DNA from: Eledone cirrhosa
Taxonomy: Eukaryota
Assembly: GCA_964016885.1 (NCBI GenBank)
Contig: OZ024747.1
Location: 31,992,001-32,056,000 of the forward strand
Direction: 5' to 3'
DNA: 64,000 nucleotides
The notes under the pieces are model-generated. The model was not told where the DNA came from. It saw only the letters and a list, made by a program, of their open reading frames with translations, and made no database searches. This document shows positions 38,161 through 51,393 of the stretch, piece after piece; positions within the stretch are counted from its first letter, which is position 1, and each line of letters begins with the position of its first letter. The position numbers and the translations under genes are program-made.

Positions 38161-40207
38161 CTTTCATATAAGCCACTTGAACCAACTTTCCCAATATTTG
38201 TAAGACTATCTGCTATCATCAGTATCCAAGTTTCCTATAATGATCTTACGAATAGGATTAGTTAAAAGTATACAATCGGAGGGGGTTGTTTTCACTATAG
38301 CTAATGATTTTTACCAAACAAAAGCACAGCATTCCCTGTACACCAATAGTTTAAATTTATGAAAAAAGTATATATACAATACTCCACTACAAAGCTCTTT
38401 TTATTTTTTTCAAAATATTGTTTTTTAAATCTAAGAAAATGTTTTCTTGAATGAAACTTTCATATTCTCATGTGGTAAATTTTTTGCTTTGAAAAATGTT
38501 CTTCTATATAGTTAAAAAAGAAAAGAAAATATGCTTTAACTTGCTAATAAAAATGACAAAAAAATATAGCCAACCAAGGGTCATTATCATGAATTTGAAT
38601 TAATGTATTTTCATAAAGCTTCTGACCTTACCTGATTTAATGTAACGTAACATAACATAACCTATCATAATGATAGGTTAGGTTAGATAAGTTTATCTAT
38701 GAATGTATGCAAAATATTTATATTACAAAAACAATTTTCACAATACTCTTCAAATACATTCTCTTTTTGGAAAGTTTGGAAACCTAGAATTATTTCTAAG
38801 AAGAAAATATCTTAACTACCAAAATGTTTTTGATATTGAAGCATACACTAATGTTCTAGTATTATTTCCACATAAGAGATAACTTTTTCACACAAAAGCA
38901 AACTTTCCCTATATTAACAGCAGAAGTCATAATAGTGTATACCCCCTACTACCCCTACCACCCCCCAAAATTATCTTTTTTTTTTTTAAATATAGATAAC
39001 TCTTTCTGTTGATGTTCAGTGAATTTAGGTAAGAAAAAAATTCCTCTGGCTATTACATGGTATTGTAAATAAAAGTAACGACTGTTGGCTGTTAATAAGA
39101 TCACATTGTTCCATAAATCATACATCCGAACACAAGTTTTGTAAAAGAACAATCTCACACTTTAGTCATGATCAAACATTTTCTTGACCAAATACCAACG
39201 CAACAACTGCAAACGTACAGATGTACAAAAACACATACGATGGCTGTTAGTAGAAGACGATCACATGTGTTTTTATTAGTAGCTCATTAAGCCCACCAGA
39301 CTGTTTGGCAGATTCTACAAACAGAGCTACACATGTCTAAATAATCTGAAACATAGCCGTGTAATTTTTAATTCACCAACAGATATCTAAATCTTCCCAC
39401 ATGTACAACATGTTTAATTACTTATTGCCATGAATGTATGGTAGTGAACTCGTGGTTGTACTGGTGCCATGCCAAAAAGCCTTCAGTCCACCCTGGAAGG
39501 GGGCTGTGACAAAGAAAGCACCCACTTCACCATGTAAGTTGATCTTATTGGTGCAACAACAAAAAGCACACAGTCCACACTGGAAGGTATTTTTGGTGAT
39601 GCTATGACAAAGGAAACATACACTTGTAAAGTGATCATACTAGTGTTACAGCAAAAAGCACATGGTTCAACCTGCAAGTTGATAATGGTGGTGTTACAGA
39701 AAAGCTCCCAGTACAAGCTGTAATGCCGTTGGCATGGGGATGGAAATCCAGCCAAAGAAAACCAAACCAAACCCAAAAAAATCCAGATCATATGAACAAA
39801 ATGTGGCCACCTGACCTGTCTAGTCTCATAACCTGACAGCCTCTTTTAACCCATGCAAACATGAACATCTGACCTTAAACAGTGCTGATTACTGACAGCT
39901 AATAAAACCAGCCGTACAAGGCACATATGATCACAAATATTGCAAATAAAGTCTATCACATCTGCTTCACAAATTGTGTGTTTACATACAGCTTGTGGGA
40001 ATTCTTCATAGGAAATGTGTGAATTAAAAAGATATCTGCACAATCATTCAACCAATTTCTAAATTGTGGTTATCCAAAGCATTTCTTTCCCAGTTGACTT
40101 TATGTATTTCAAATGTTTTCAAAGATTTTACACTACTCATTAAACTACATCCCTAGTTTGTACCAAGGGCATTTTCTGTATACAAGTTATGTATCTACAC
40201 ACACATA

Positions 40208-42825
40208 TCATCATCATCATCATCATCATCAACGTTTAACGTCCGTGTTCCACGCTTGCATGGGTTTGGACGGGGTTAGTCCCACTTGAGGCAAGAGTGA
40301 TTTTCTTGCTCGCATTGGACTCTCTGGCAGGTTTTCTACAGTTGGATGCCCTTCCTAACACCAACCACATTTACAGTGTGGGTCTGGGAGGTTTTTACCG
40401 TGTTGCCTACACGGCCACTTTACAGCGTGGACTGTGTGTTTTTTTGTCGTGACACCTACACGATCTCATTTGTTTCGGCCTGGATGGCGCGGCACCAATA
40501 TAACTTTACATAGAACGGGGTGGTGTGGATGGGGTGGTGGTGGTGGGACGGGGTGTATTTTGTTAGAGATGCCTACTGGCTGGAGTAGGTTTTACTATAT
40601 ATTTAGGTAAGGCGGGTCTTCTCTGTTACTGAGTACCGCCAAAGGTCTCGGTCCAGTGACATTGTCTTGGAGAGGTGTAAGTGTGTGATGTCGGAGTTTA
40701 TCAGCTCGTCCCAGGTTTTTCTAGGTCTGCCTATTCCATGACTACCGTCTATCTTTATTGCCCTGCACTTTGTTATACAGCTATCGACTTTCATGCGCAT
40801 CACGTGTCCATACCAACGTAGCCTTCTCTCGAGTAAACAACATCTGATCCCTCTTATCTCTAATTTTTTCCTTAGTTCGTTTATGCTTTGCCGTTCACAT
40901 ATATTACTGTTACACATCCAGCGGAGCATGCAAGCTTCGTTCCTCTCTAGTCTGCGTATATCCTCTGCACACAATGCCCAGGTCTCACTGCCATGCAGCA
41001 TTGCTGTTCGTATGCAGGCATCGTACAACCTGCCTTTCATTTTTAGGGAGAACCCTTTAGCAGCTAATAGTGGTATAAGCTCTCTGAACTTTTTCCAACC
41101 AGTTCTGACTCTAGCTACAGTACTTTCAGAGCACCCTCCCCCACTGCTGATTTTATCGCCCAGGTAACGGAAGCTGTCCACTATTTCTATAGAACCCTCT
41201 GCGCAATTGAAAGAGCTAGTATTTTGTGTGCACTTGCTGCTACTTATTGCACCAGAACACCGGCCACATGTAAAATCTATGTTCTTAGTTAGCTTACCTG
41301 TGATCCCACTACATCTTTTATGCACCCATACTTTGCATTTAGGACATAAAATGGAGTTTCTACCTACGCCTTTCCTACACACCGAGCACGACCATTTCCC
41401 AGAAGGGACCGCCGCCTTGTTTTCTTTCCTACAAACTAGAACTTTGGTCTTAGCCAGGTTAATTTTAAGTCCTTTTGACTCTAGGCCGTGCTTCCATGTT
41501 TGGAATTTCTTTTCTAGCTCGGCCATTGATTCCGCTATGAGTGTCAGGTCGTCTGCGTATAGGAGTTCCCATGGGCAGCCTGTCTTGAACTCCTCTGTTA
41601 TAGCCTGAAGGGCAATAATAAATAGTAGGGGGCTGAGAACAGAGCCCTGATGGACGCCAACTTTTACGCTAAACTCTTCACTATATTCGTTGTTAATTCT
41701 AACCTTGCTGACTGTTTCTTTATACATGGCTTGTATAGCCCTCACAAGCCATTCGTCAACGCCTAGTTTTCTAAGAGCCCACCAGATAATGGAGCGGGGA
41801 ACTCTGTCGAAGGCTTTCTCCAAGTCGACAAAAGCTAAGTAGAGGGGTTTACCTTTAGCTAGGTACTTCTCCTGTAGTTGTCGTACTATGAAAAGAGCGT
41901 CTGTGGTACTTTTGCCTGACACAAACCCGAACTGCATTTCATCTAGGTCAATTCTCTCTCTGATTAGTTGCGCTATTACTTTTTCCGTGACCTTCATGAC
42001 CTGGTCGATTAATTTAATGCCTCTATAGTTACTCCTATCTAGGGCGTCTCCTTTACCCTTATAACAGTTAACGATGATGCTGCTATGCCAGTCCTTCGGA
42101 ACAACCCCATTCTGTACGACTTGGTTAACTATGCGGGTGACCATGGTGTGTCCCACCGTGCCAGATGCCTTCAGCATCTCAGCAACTATTTCCGAAGGCC
42201 CAGCCGCCTTACCCGTCTTCATATCCTTGATTGCCTTACTTATTATACTCCCCTCGACTAACACTGCTGGTCCCTCTATTGGGTCGATATGGGGGAGACT
42301 GTCTTTCTCCCATTTATTCTCCTCATTTAGTAGCCTTTCATAGTGACACTTCCAAGCTACCTTCTTATCAGCGTCGGTGATGGCAAGTGTGCCATCGTCG
42401 TTTAGTACACACTTCTCCCCGACAATATCACGGTTTTCCTTGACGCATTGCCTAGCAATCCTGAACACCTCACGTTTTTGGTCATCGCGTTGTAGAACAT
42501 GCTTGAACTTTCTTTCCTCAGCTTCCCTTCTTGCTAAGTACACTTGTCTCCTAGCTTCCCTCCTGGCCACTTGATAGTCTTCTCTACTTCCCCCATCCCG
42601 CCATACTTTCCAAGCCTGCTTTTTGGCCTTAATTGACCCCTCCACCTTACTGTTCCACCACCATGTTACTCTCCTCCTGCCTACAGGCCTGCTCCAGCCA
42701 CAGACTTCGTCTGTCACCAACAGCAGGTTTGCTTTCAGAAATTCCCACTCTCCCTCTATATTGTCCGACTCTAAATGTTCTTCCTTACTGTCGAAAGCAT
42801 CAAGTAATATGCTTTGAAATTTATT
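40208..42825 (-). mobile_element. 5'-truncated RTE-clade LINE with (GAT)n tail
   Basis: Open RT frame, 3' UTR ending GGACGTTAAACGTT(GAT)n; 5' end fused to (TA)n. Confidence 0.95.
40603..42825 (-). CDS. RTE ORF: reverse transcriptase with PHD-like finger (N-terminally truncated; first 18 aa of the tracked ORF are microsatellite)
   Basis: NYRGIKL, QFGF, FVDLEKAFDRV, GVHQGSVLSPLLF, LLYADD, FRYLG, HGSETW, RLRWYGHV, GRPRKTW; no stops over ~740 codons. Confidence 0.9.
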   Translation of the reverse strand, partial: NKFQSILLDAFDSKEEHLESDNIEGEWEFLKANLLLVTDEVCGWSRPVGRRRVTWWWNSKVEGSIKAKKQAWKVWRDGGSREDYQVARREARRQVYLARREAEERKFKHVLQRDDQKREVFRIARQCVKENRDIVGEKCVLNDDGTLAITDADKKVAWKCHYERLLNEENKWEKDSLPHIDPIEGPAVLVEGSIISKAIKDMKTGKAAGPSEIVAEMLKASGTVGHTMVTRIVNQVVQNGVVPKDWHSSIIVNCYKGKGDALDRSNYRGIKLIDQVMKVTEKVIAQLIRERIDLDEMQFGFVSGKSTTDALFIVRQLQEKYLAKGKPLYLAFVDLEKAFDRVPRSIIWWALRKLGVDEWLVRAIQAMYKETVSKVRINNEYSEEFSVKVGVHQGSVLSPLLFIIALQAITEEFKTGCPWELLYADDLTLIAESMAELEKKFQTWKHGLESKGLKINLAKTKVLVCRKENKAAVPSGKWSCSVCRKGVGRNSILCPKCKVWVHKRCSGITGKLTKNIDFTCGRCSGAISSSKCTQNTSSFNCAEGSIEIVDSFRYLGDKISSGGGCSESTVARVRTGWKKFRELIPLLAAKGFSLKMKGRLYDACIRTAMLHGSETWALCAEDIRRLERNEACMLRWMCNSNICERQSINELRKKLEIRGIRCCLLERRLRWYGHVMRMKVDSCITKCRAIKIDGSHGIGRPRKTWDELINSDITHLHLSKTMSLDRDLWRYSVTEKTRLT

Positions 42826-43189
42826 CCTTATATATGTATATATATATATATATACATACACATATATACATACACACACATATAGTGTATGTGATTAAGT
42901 GAATTACTGGTGATGATTCCAAAGTAAGCACTAGATGCACTGACTATATATAATAGTAGTTTACTGTTTCAGAAGAAGATGGTTGATTAAACAGGAATTT
43001 CAAGACTACAAATATGTAGTAACGTAAACACTACCATGTTAGTCGATACATCAATCTTTCACGATTAATGACACTCTGAAATGATCAGAAAACAATGAAC
43101 TAATCAACTACCTATCTCTGACCTTTGTTTTGTTTTTATTACCCCCCCCCCCATACACACACAACAAAAAGTAATGTTAGGTTATTTTA

Positions 43190-43492
43190 TAAAGTGGTTG
43201 TGTAGGTGCCATGTCAAAAAGCAACCAACCCACACTGTAAAGTAGTTTGTGTAGATAACACGACAAAAAGCATCCAGTCCACATGTTGGGTGGTCATGTA
43301 GGTGTCATAACAAGAAGCACCCAGCACACACTGCAAATGTAGTTGGCATTAGGAAGAGCATCCTGCCGAAGAAACTAAGCCAAAATCAGTTCTGTATGAG
43401 CAAGACATGGTCATCTGACCTGGCTTGTCTCACAACGGCCAAATCATCTAACACATGCTAGCATGGAAAAATGGAAGTTAAACAGTGATGAT
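43190..43492 (+). mobile_element. Old SINE-B/RTE 3' tail with internal repeats
   Basis: Repeated GTAGGTGTCA..AAAAAGCA.CCAG.CCACACTG, GTTGGCATTAGGAAGAGCATCC, CATGCTAGCATGGAAAAATGGAAGTTAAAC. Confidence 0.7.
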
Positions 43493-44034
43493 GGGATCTA
43501 CTTCCACCAGATACAAGGAAAAATATGTAAGACAGTAACATTTTTCAAAACAGAACAGTACTATAGTAATTCTAATAATTTAACTTTGATATTTACATTT
43601 TAAGTTAAATAATTTTAGTTTGATATTTACATTTTTCATTGCTATGCATTTTGACTCCAGTAGAATGTATCAACAAGTTGAAAAAATTTCACAATTTGTT
43701 TTATTTGTGCTGTGCAATAGGTCCTGATTAAGTTTGAATATATCTTTATATAACATTGGACGATAGTTAAGAATCTGGGGTAATTTTTCTGAAAGTTAAT
43801 TTGATTTTCTCAAAGATTTAGTGAATACATATTGATAAGTTATGGAACAATTTTAAACATGTGTGTGTCTACACATCTTCACATATGAACAGTCAATAGA
43901 CATGAAGATAAATCATAGGTAGAAATCTTCTGAATATTTTTCTGAAAAACAATTTGCTTTGGAAGAGAATAATTGAAGTTAAATAAAGCTGACAATGATA
44001 ACATATAACTTTGATCGTTTATGTATATATAAAT

Positions 44035-44590
44035 ATAAATGAAGTATTTTCGTCAGAAAGGTACAGGAAAAAGAGTGCTCTATATAGGCTACAGGGCTTG
44101 TTAGTTATGTAATAAACGACATAAGATAATTATTTCATTTAACAGTGGTTTCTTGAATACAGATGTTGTGTCTGTCTTCAGTCGTCAGAATGAATAAAAA
44201 AAACATGGTGTATTTATTAAATAAGGATTTGAAAACAAAATTTAGGAAATATGAAAGTGAGGTTGAAAAAAACGGGCAAAAAGGAAATAGGGGAAAAAAT
44301 ATAAATATCCAGAACGTAAACATACACACACTCAACTACGCGCATATACTAAAAAGTACGTAGACGTATACTTTCTCACATAAGCGTATTTGCGTCTACA
44401 TAGAAATACAGACAGGAACATAAATACATACACATACATATACACAGATATATACATAAATACATACACATACATATACACAGATATATATGCACTCAAA
44501 AATGTTTACACAGATACGAGCAGTAGTTAGGAAGCAGGAATAACTAAATAAATAAATAAGAACAAAAAAATACAAAAAATATATGTGTAT
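44035..44590 (-). mobile_element. Inverted 3' UTR plus pLTR of the PLE at 46630-50223
   Basis: 44220-44580 is the reverse complement of ~49880-50223; 44035-44155 matches 46630-46745; hammerhead-like CTGACGA..GAAAC at 44130-44197. Confidence 0.85.
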
Positions 44591-44622
44591 ATATATATTA
44601 AAATACATCTTTTGATCAATTA

Positions 44623-44677
44623 CATTTTATTATACATATTTCGGAGGTACAACAGTACATCCTCATCAGACAAAATA
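44623..44677 (-). ncRNA. Type I hammerhead ribozyme (family TATTTTRT)
   Basis: TATTTTGT-CTGATGA-GGAtGTAC tgtt GTACcTCC-GAAA-TATGTA-TA-ATAAAATG. Confidence 0.8.
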
Positions 44678-45514
44678 TAATGATACATGACATACCCTGA
44701 GATGTTAAATGGTTAAGATTTAATCAAGGTAATGATTAACCTAAGAGAAAATTCAACATTTATACCCTAATAAATGCGAAAACGTAATAAATTCAATAGA
44801 GAATGTGTGAGTAAGAAAAAACGTTGGTTAATGTGACAGCTATAGAGATTTTAAAATGTAGGATACTACAAGTTATGTTTATTTAGGAAAAGATCTCATG
44901 AATTATAACAGTCAATGAGGGCCGCTGAGAGGGGATTTAGAGAGAGGGAAAAATATATGCAGAAAGAGATTTTTTCCCAATTCAAAATATTCAATTTATG
45001 TTATTTTAGGGTGAAGAATCAAGATTTAAGTTTTTTTTTAAAAGTTGCTGGTTATTTATATATATTAATTTTATAAATTCTATAAGTGTGTTAACATTTC
45101 TAAACTTCTGAATTTTATGAGGGTAATATTTAAAGGATTTACCTGGCCAGCGAAAGGAAAATTTACACTGTTGAATATTTTCCTAAATGTAAACTTTAAC
45201 GAAGATAATCTATAAAAATGTCAACATTTTCAGTATGTAAAGCTTATGAAGTACTAATTGTTAGAAATATTTAAATAACGATTATGTATATAGATATATA
45301 TTAATGAGCCAGTATATTTTAGGTAAATGATAACGAATATGAAGTAATGGATTGAAGCATGCTAAAGTTAAATAGATATCTATATATATATAACAGGGTG
45401 TAAATGCATGAATTATTCGTAGTTCAAAATAAATAATAATCTAGAAATTTAGAAGTTATCTAAAGATTATGTATAGAGAGATATAGGGAGGTATATAGAT
45501 ATATATATATATGT

Positions 45515-45938
45515 AAGTAGAAGGGATTTGTTGGAAATCCAACAAATATAAATGTTTATAACTGATTCAGAGCACTCGAAAAGTTTCTGGAATAAATATT
45601 AAATGACATTAAATAAATGGAAACTCTATTTATAAAACCATATTTATTCTATTATATATATTTCAAGGGTACCAAAACTTTGGCACGCTTTCATCAGATA
45701 AAATACAAAGTTTGTTTTATAAATAGAGACATACCCAGGAAAATCATACCTGATCAGTTAAATATCCAGGGAATATTTAACTGATCAGGTATGATTTTCC
45801 TGGGTATGTCTCTATTTATAAAACAAACTTTGTATTTTATCTGATGAAAGCGTACCAAAGTTTTATTTGATACCCTTGAAATATATATAATAGAATAAAT
45901 ATGGTTTTATAAATAGTTTCCATTTATTTAATATCATT
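45515..45938. mobile_element. Fold-back module with two back-to-back hammerheads
   Basis: ~165-bp arms 45602-45766 / 45772-45938; complete cores at 45645-45705 (-) and 45833-45897 (+). Confidence 0.85.
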
Positions 45939-45951
45939 GTATATATATATA

Positions 45952-46069
45952 TAACGAAGGAATTGGGGTAAGGAACCAGATGGACCATAACGCACCAGAG
46001 TACTCAATACTTAAGGTATTAGAGTGGGTAATAGGAAAAAGTATGACCCCGCGGGTTCATACTTTTTGC

Positions 46070-46070
<1 letters not shown>
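45952..46070 (-). mobile_element. Short fold-back copy of the 14499-14714 family
   Basis: ACGAAGGAA..GGTAAGGAACCAGATGGACCATAACGCA.CAGAGTACTCAATAC is the reverse complement of 14658-14714; mini hairpin AAAAAGTATGA..TCATACTTTTT. Confidence 0.8.
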
Positions 46071-46103
<33 letters not shown>

Positions 46104-46397
46104 TATACACGCACATAGACACACACATATATATAAACACACACATATATAAATATACATCCACATGCATACACATACAAAAGAAAAGCTACAATAAAAT
46201 AGATAAATGAATCTCAAAGGTACATAACCCATGTACATACGCGTGCGCACACACGTACGCAATAAGAAATCAACACACGCATACAAATAAACATATACGT
46301 AAATCCGTACAAACATATATACACATATATACACATATACACAAAAACATATATACAAACACATGCATGCATATATACAAATACATATAAACAAAAT

Positions 46398-46502
<105 letters not shown>

Positions 46503-46857
46503 CATACACACACACATATATATATATACACATACATATATATACACATACATACATATACACACACACACAGATATATATCAAAATAAATAAACAAACA
46601 TATACACACTCGACCACGCGCATATACTTTCAAGAAACCACTGGTAAATGAAATAATTATCTTATGTTGTTTATTACATAACTAATAACCTACATAGAGC
46701 ACTCTTTTTTCCTGTACCTTTCCGACGGAATTACTTCATTTATATAGCTCCAACCGGGATTGATCGAAGCATATTCTATATTACATATATGATTGGCACT
46801 TTCCAGCCCGATAAGTTGAGCACTCTACAGTTTTCAGGAAGTTAACCAGCATACACT

Positions 46858-48945
46858 ATGGACGTTTATGAATTGGATTATTCTATCAAAAATATACCTA
46901 TGCCTTCCAACACAACTTATACCAATCTGCTTATAGATAAAATCGAACAAGTCGTTAAAAGAATGAGATGGAAGGCAATAGTTTACGACGGACAATTCAG
47001 TGCTGATACTAATGTTTGTTTTGACATTAAATCCCGCAAATACCCACCTAGAATTAAAGACATGGCCCACTTCGAATTGAATCTTGTTAATTTAATTAGT
47101 GAAATCAAATATCGTAACTACAACAATAACTTTCAAACTAAATTATCTAACGATATTTCTAATTTTAAACATTCTACAAACACTTTTGTCTTTTCTGATA
47201 AAACTAAAAATCTTTTTGAAGTAAATAATATTTTGTATAACCAACTTTTCACAGATAGTATCACCACCAAATATCAAATATCAAATAGCTAACAATAATA
47301 CCTAAAATACCATTAATAAAGAAGCTAAAGACCTAGCTAGTACTTTAAAAATAGATAACTGGATTGAAAGCCTAGTTAAACGTAAAGATATATTACCCTT
47401 AAAGACCATAAATCAGACTTCACTAATCGACCTAGCTGTAGACTAATTAACCCTGCTATATCTGAAGTTGGCCTTGCAAGTAAAAAAAATCTTAAGAAAA
47501 ATAATACTCCAAATTTGAACTAAGACTGTTATTTCTTGGTTTAATAATATACAAGGTAAACATAAGTGTAGATTTACCCAATTTGATATTGTTGATTTTT
47601 ACCCCTCTATTACTGTTTCCTTATTAACAAAAGCCTTAGATTTTGCAAGACCTTTCACTAATATTTCTAAATTAGAAGAAGACGTTATCTTTCATTGCTA
47701 ATGAAAATATTTGGGTTAAAAAGTCAAGCCCTGAAAACTCTTTTGATGTTGCGATGGGTTCATATGATAGTGCGTATGTGTGCGACTTAGTAGGATTATT
47801 CCTTCTCCACACCCTTAAAGAGAAATTTCCTTCCCATAATATCGGTTTATACCGAGACGACGGGTTGGCAGTTTCTCATACCACCAACGGTCATAACCTT
47901 GATAAATTCAGTAAAGATTTAATAAATACCTTTGTTAATCTAAACGTTAAAATTACAATAGATATGAACCTTACTAATGCTAACTTTCTTGATATTAATC
48001 TTGATCTACTTACTGCCTCTTTTAAACCTTATCATAAACCTAACGAGAATCTAAGATATATACACAAAGAGTCTTGCCATCCCCCTATAGTTTAAAAAAA
48101 TCTTATTCCTAACATTAGCCGTAGGATTTGTACTTTATCTTCGTCTCTAGACATTTTTAACAAAGCCGCTCCTTATTATAATAAGGCCCTCAATAACAGC
48201 GGCTTTACAGAACATATTAAATATTTAACTACTCCTCCCTCTAATACTAAACACAATAACAGGAAAAGAAAAATATTTGGTTTACACCCCCCTTCTCTCT
48301 AACTGTCAAACTAATGTGGGAAGGAAATTCCTCGACCTCCTAGACAAACATTTTTCCCCTAATCATAGATATTATAAGATATTTAATAGAAATGTAGTCA
48401 AAATCAGTTACTCTTGCTGTCCATCAATGAAGACTAAAATTACCAACTCTAATCGTACGAGAGTAAATCCAGGATGCTGTTGCAGGAAGCCGGAAGAATG
48501 CCCATTACAGGGAAAATGTAATACTAAATCCATTGTGTATGAGGCCAAATTGACACCGTTGATTAACAACCAGCTAGTCAAGAGTGAACGATATGTTGGC
48601 ATGACTCAGGACAGGTTCAAAACCAGGTTTTATGCACATGTCGCTTCTTTTAAACACTGTGATAAAAGAACAGCAACGGCTCTCGCAAATAAAGTGTGGG
48701 AATTCAAAGACAAAAACATTCCGTACACTATTGATTGGTCTGTTTTAGACCATTCAAGAGAATACCAAAGGGGCACAAAGAATTGTTCTATGTGCACCAC
48801 GGAAAAATTTAGAATTCTCCAAAATTTGAAAGCCACTTCCACTTGCATTAACTCCAAGACCGAGATCTTCAGATGTTGTCCTCACCTGAAATCGCATCTA
48901 CTTTGTAACTGGATTGACATTCCTACGATGACTCAACCACCTTGA
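46858..48945 (+). pseudogene. PLE RT / GIY-YIG polyprotein, disrupted
   Basis: [109 protein letters not shown]. Confidence 0.92.
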
Positions 48946-49204
48946 GCTTCTTCTTTACTCATTACGCCTTCCATCCACTACGATTATATGTGTGAGTGTT
49001 TGCATGTGTGTAGAGGTATATTATGCATGTATATGTGTATATGTGTGTATGTGTATATATATATATGTATATGCATATCTTGTGTATTTGTTTATATTTA
49101 AGTTGTTTTTATTTATCCCCCGCCACACACACTCACACCTATCGTTGTCAACACGTCCCTCTTTTTTTTTACATTATTTTGTTTTTGATTTTCATTTTTA
49201 CTTT

Positions 49205-49239
<35 letters not shown>

Positions 49240-49368
49240 GTGTGTATAATGGTAGCTATGGTGCTTCCATAGGCGGTATGCCAAATTAGCACTCAATATT
49301 CTTACAGAGCAGAGTGTGAATAGTATAAAAAACGAAAAATCAGTGATGCATCTGGACTCAGTTTATTG

Positions 49369-49459
49369 CGTGTTACAATTGTTTCGCCGGCAGGTAGCTC
49401 GAGACATGATCACTGTATGGATCTGGCTGATTCTACGGCTGCAGGTTCCTTCAGACACA
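49369..49459 (-). ncRNA. Hammerhead-like motif with long stem II in an antisense module nested in the PLE 3' UTR
   Basis: TGTGT-CTGAAGG-[~60 nt]-GAAAC-AATT-GTA-ACACG; one core mismatch (A9 to G); module ~49238-49690 between TA and CA arrays. Confidence 0.6.
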
Positions 49460-49692
49460 TGCAATTCTTTCGGAGCAAATTTTCTCACTGGGGTGTTATC
49501 ATCACAAAACACCTTAAAAAAACATCTTCCACTCTTGTCATGCCATTGGCTGTTGTTTTTCTACGTCATCATAAATTTTGGTCACTATTTACTGCTACAC
49601 TGGTCATCAGACATTTTCCGTCCGACACACTTCAATGGAGCCATGCTGGGTTTGGTATCTCACACGTCTGTTCACACTCCCGAGTATGTACC

Positions 49693-49768
<76 letters not shown>

Positions 49769-50338
49769 TACACACACACATACATACACGCAGGCACACA
49801 CACATGCATGCATACACATATGTACGCACACATGTGTATACCCCCAAGGAACCTACAGCCTATATATATATATATATTGTATTCTTTTTTGTTCTTATTT
49901 ATTTATTTAGTTATTCCTGCTTCCTAACTACTGCTCGGATCTATGTATACATTTTTGCGTGCATTTATATCTGTGTATATATATATGTATGTATTTATGT
50001 TCCTGTCCGGATTTCTATGTAGACGCAAATACGCTTATGTGAGAAAGTATACGTCTACGTACTTTTTAGTATATGCGCGTAGTTGAGTGTGTGTATGTTT
50101 ACGTTCTGGATATTTATATTTATATATATATATTTTTTATTTTTTTACCCTATTTCCTTTTCGCCCGTTTTTTCAGCCTCATTTTCATATTTCCTAAATT
50201 TTGTTTTCAAATCCATATTTATTATATAAATATAGTCTATATAATATTCAACAGATAATTCATAACTACAATTATGCATAGTTAGAAAACTTTTGAGAAT
50301 TATGCAATTTACCCAAATATTAAGTAAACAATTTTGTA

Positions 50339-50386
<48 letters not shown>

Positions 50387-50393
<7 letters not shown>

Positions 50394-51300
50394 CGTAAAA
50401 TAATAAAATTATAAAAATTAACTTACTAAAATTTCACTCCAACTAATTAGTTTCTGAAAGGGAATAAACATAGTTTCCGAAGAAACGTACGGAGAAGCCT
50501 TTCGTCATCAGGGAAGTCTATTCTCAGCTAAGTTTCCAGGCAATACGTGGACACAGGGAACTTATACAAAAATAATTCAGTGGATGGAAAAAAGCAAAGC
50601 GTGGACTAAGTTCCAAGCCATTGAAAAAATCACTGCCTACTGCGTCGGTGGCAAATTCAAAAGAATCAATCACGTGACATCGAGGTCAATCAGTGAAGAG
50701 TCGTTTGTTAAGAAGACAGCAGCCGAACTGTTACTATGAACTATAGCAGCAGTTTTGGCCAATTTTGGCTCGACAAAATAATTTGGAGATAATTATAAAG
50801 AATAAGTATATCTACTAACATATATATACAGATGCATACCTATGCCAGCAAATATATAGGTTTTGTCTTAGTAACTTTGTGGTTCAATGCATGGGGATGC
50901 AGAATAATAATATGAGAGACGTAAAATAAGAAAATTATAAAAATTAACTTACTTACTAAAATTTCACTCCAACTAATTAGTTTCTGAAATTATTTTTGTA
51001 TAAGTTCCCTGTGTCCACGCATTGCCTGGAAACTTAGCTGAGAATAGACTTCCCTGATGACGAAAGGCTTCTCCGTACGTTTCTTCGGAAACTATGTTTA
51101 TTCCCTTTCAGAAACTAATTAGTTGGAGTAAAATTTTAGTAAGTAAGTTAATTTTTATAATTTTCTTATTTTACGTCTCTCATATTATTGTTCTGCATCC
51201 CCATGCATTGAACCACAAAGTTACTAAGACAAAACCTATATATTTGCTGGCATAGGTATGCATCTGTATATATATGTTAGTAGATATACTTATTCTTTAT
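50387..51300. mobile_element. Tandem plus inverted pLTR-like module with two hammerheads
   Basis: (-) copy 50387-50576, (-) copy 50797-50988, (+) copy 50990-51300; ACTTCC-CTGATGA-cGAAAGG..CCTTTCa-GAAAC-TAATTA-GTT-GGAGT at 51048-51129 (+) and 50436-50517 (-). Confidence 0.85.
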
Positions 51301-51393
51301 ATATATATATAAACAAGCAAATTATAAACGTAAACATGTAAGTATGTTTTTGAAACGGTGCGCGGGTTTGAAATTAGAAATTAGAAATTATAA

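Larger units (their letters stand above)
46630..50223 (+). mobile_element. Penelope-like retroelement (Naiad-like), full ORF span preceded by a partial pLTR
   Basis: pLTR piece 46630-46745, leader, ORF remnants 46858-48945, long microsatellite-rich 3' UTR. Confidence 0.88.

Noticed and set aside
38278-38950. Possible MITE with GGGGGT..CACTAT termini
   Set aside because: Terminal match is short and imperfect; no TSD could be established
40793-42902. Plus-strand ORFs overlapping the RTE
   Set aside because: Antisense shadows of the RT frame
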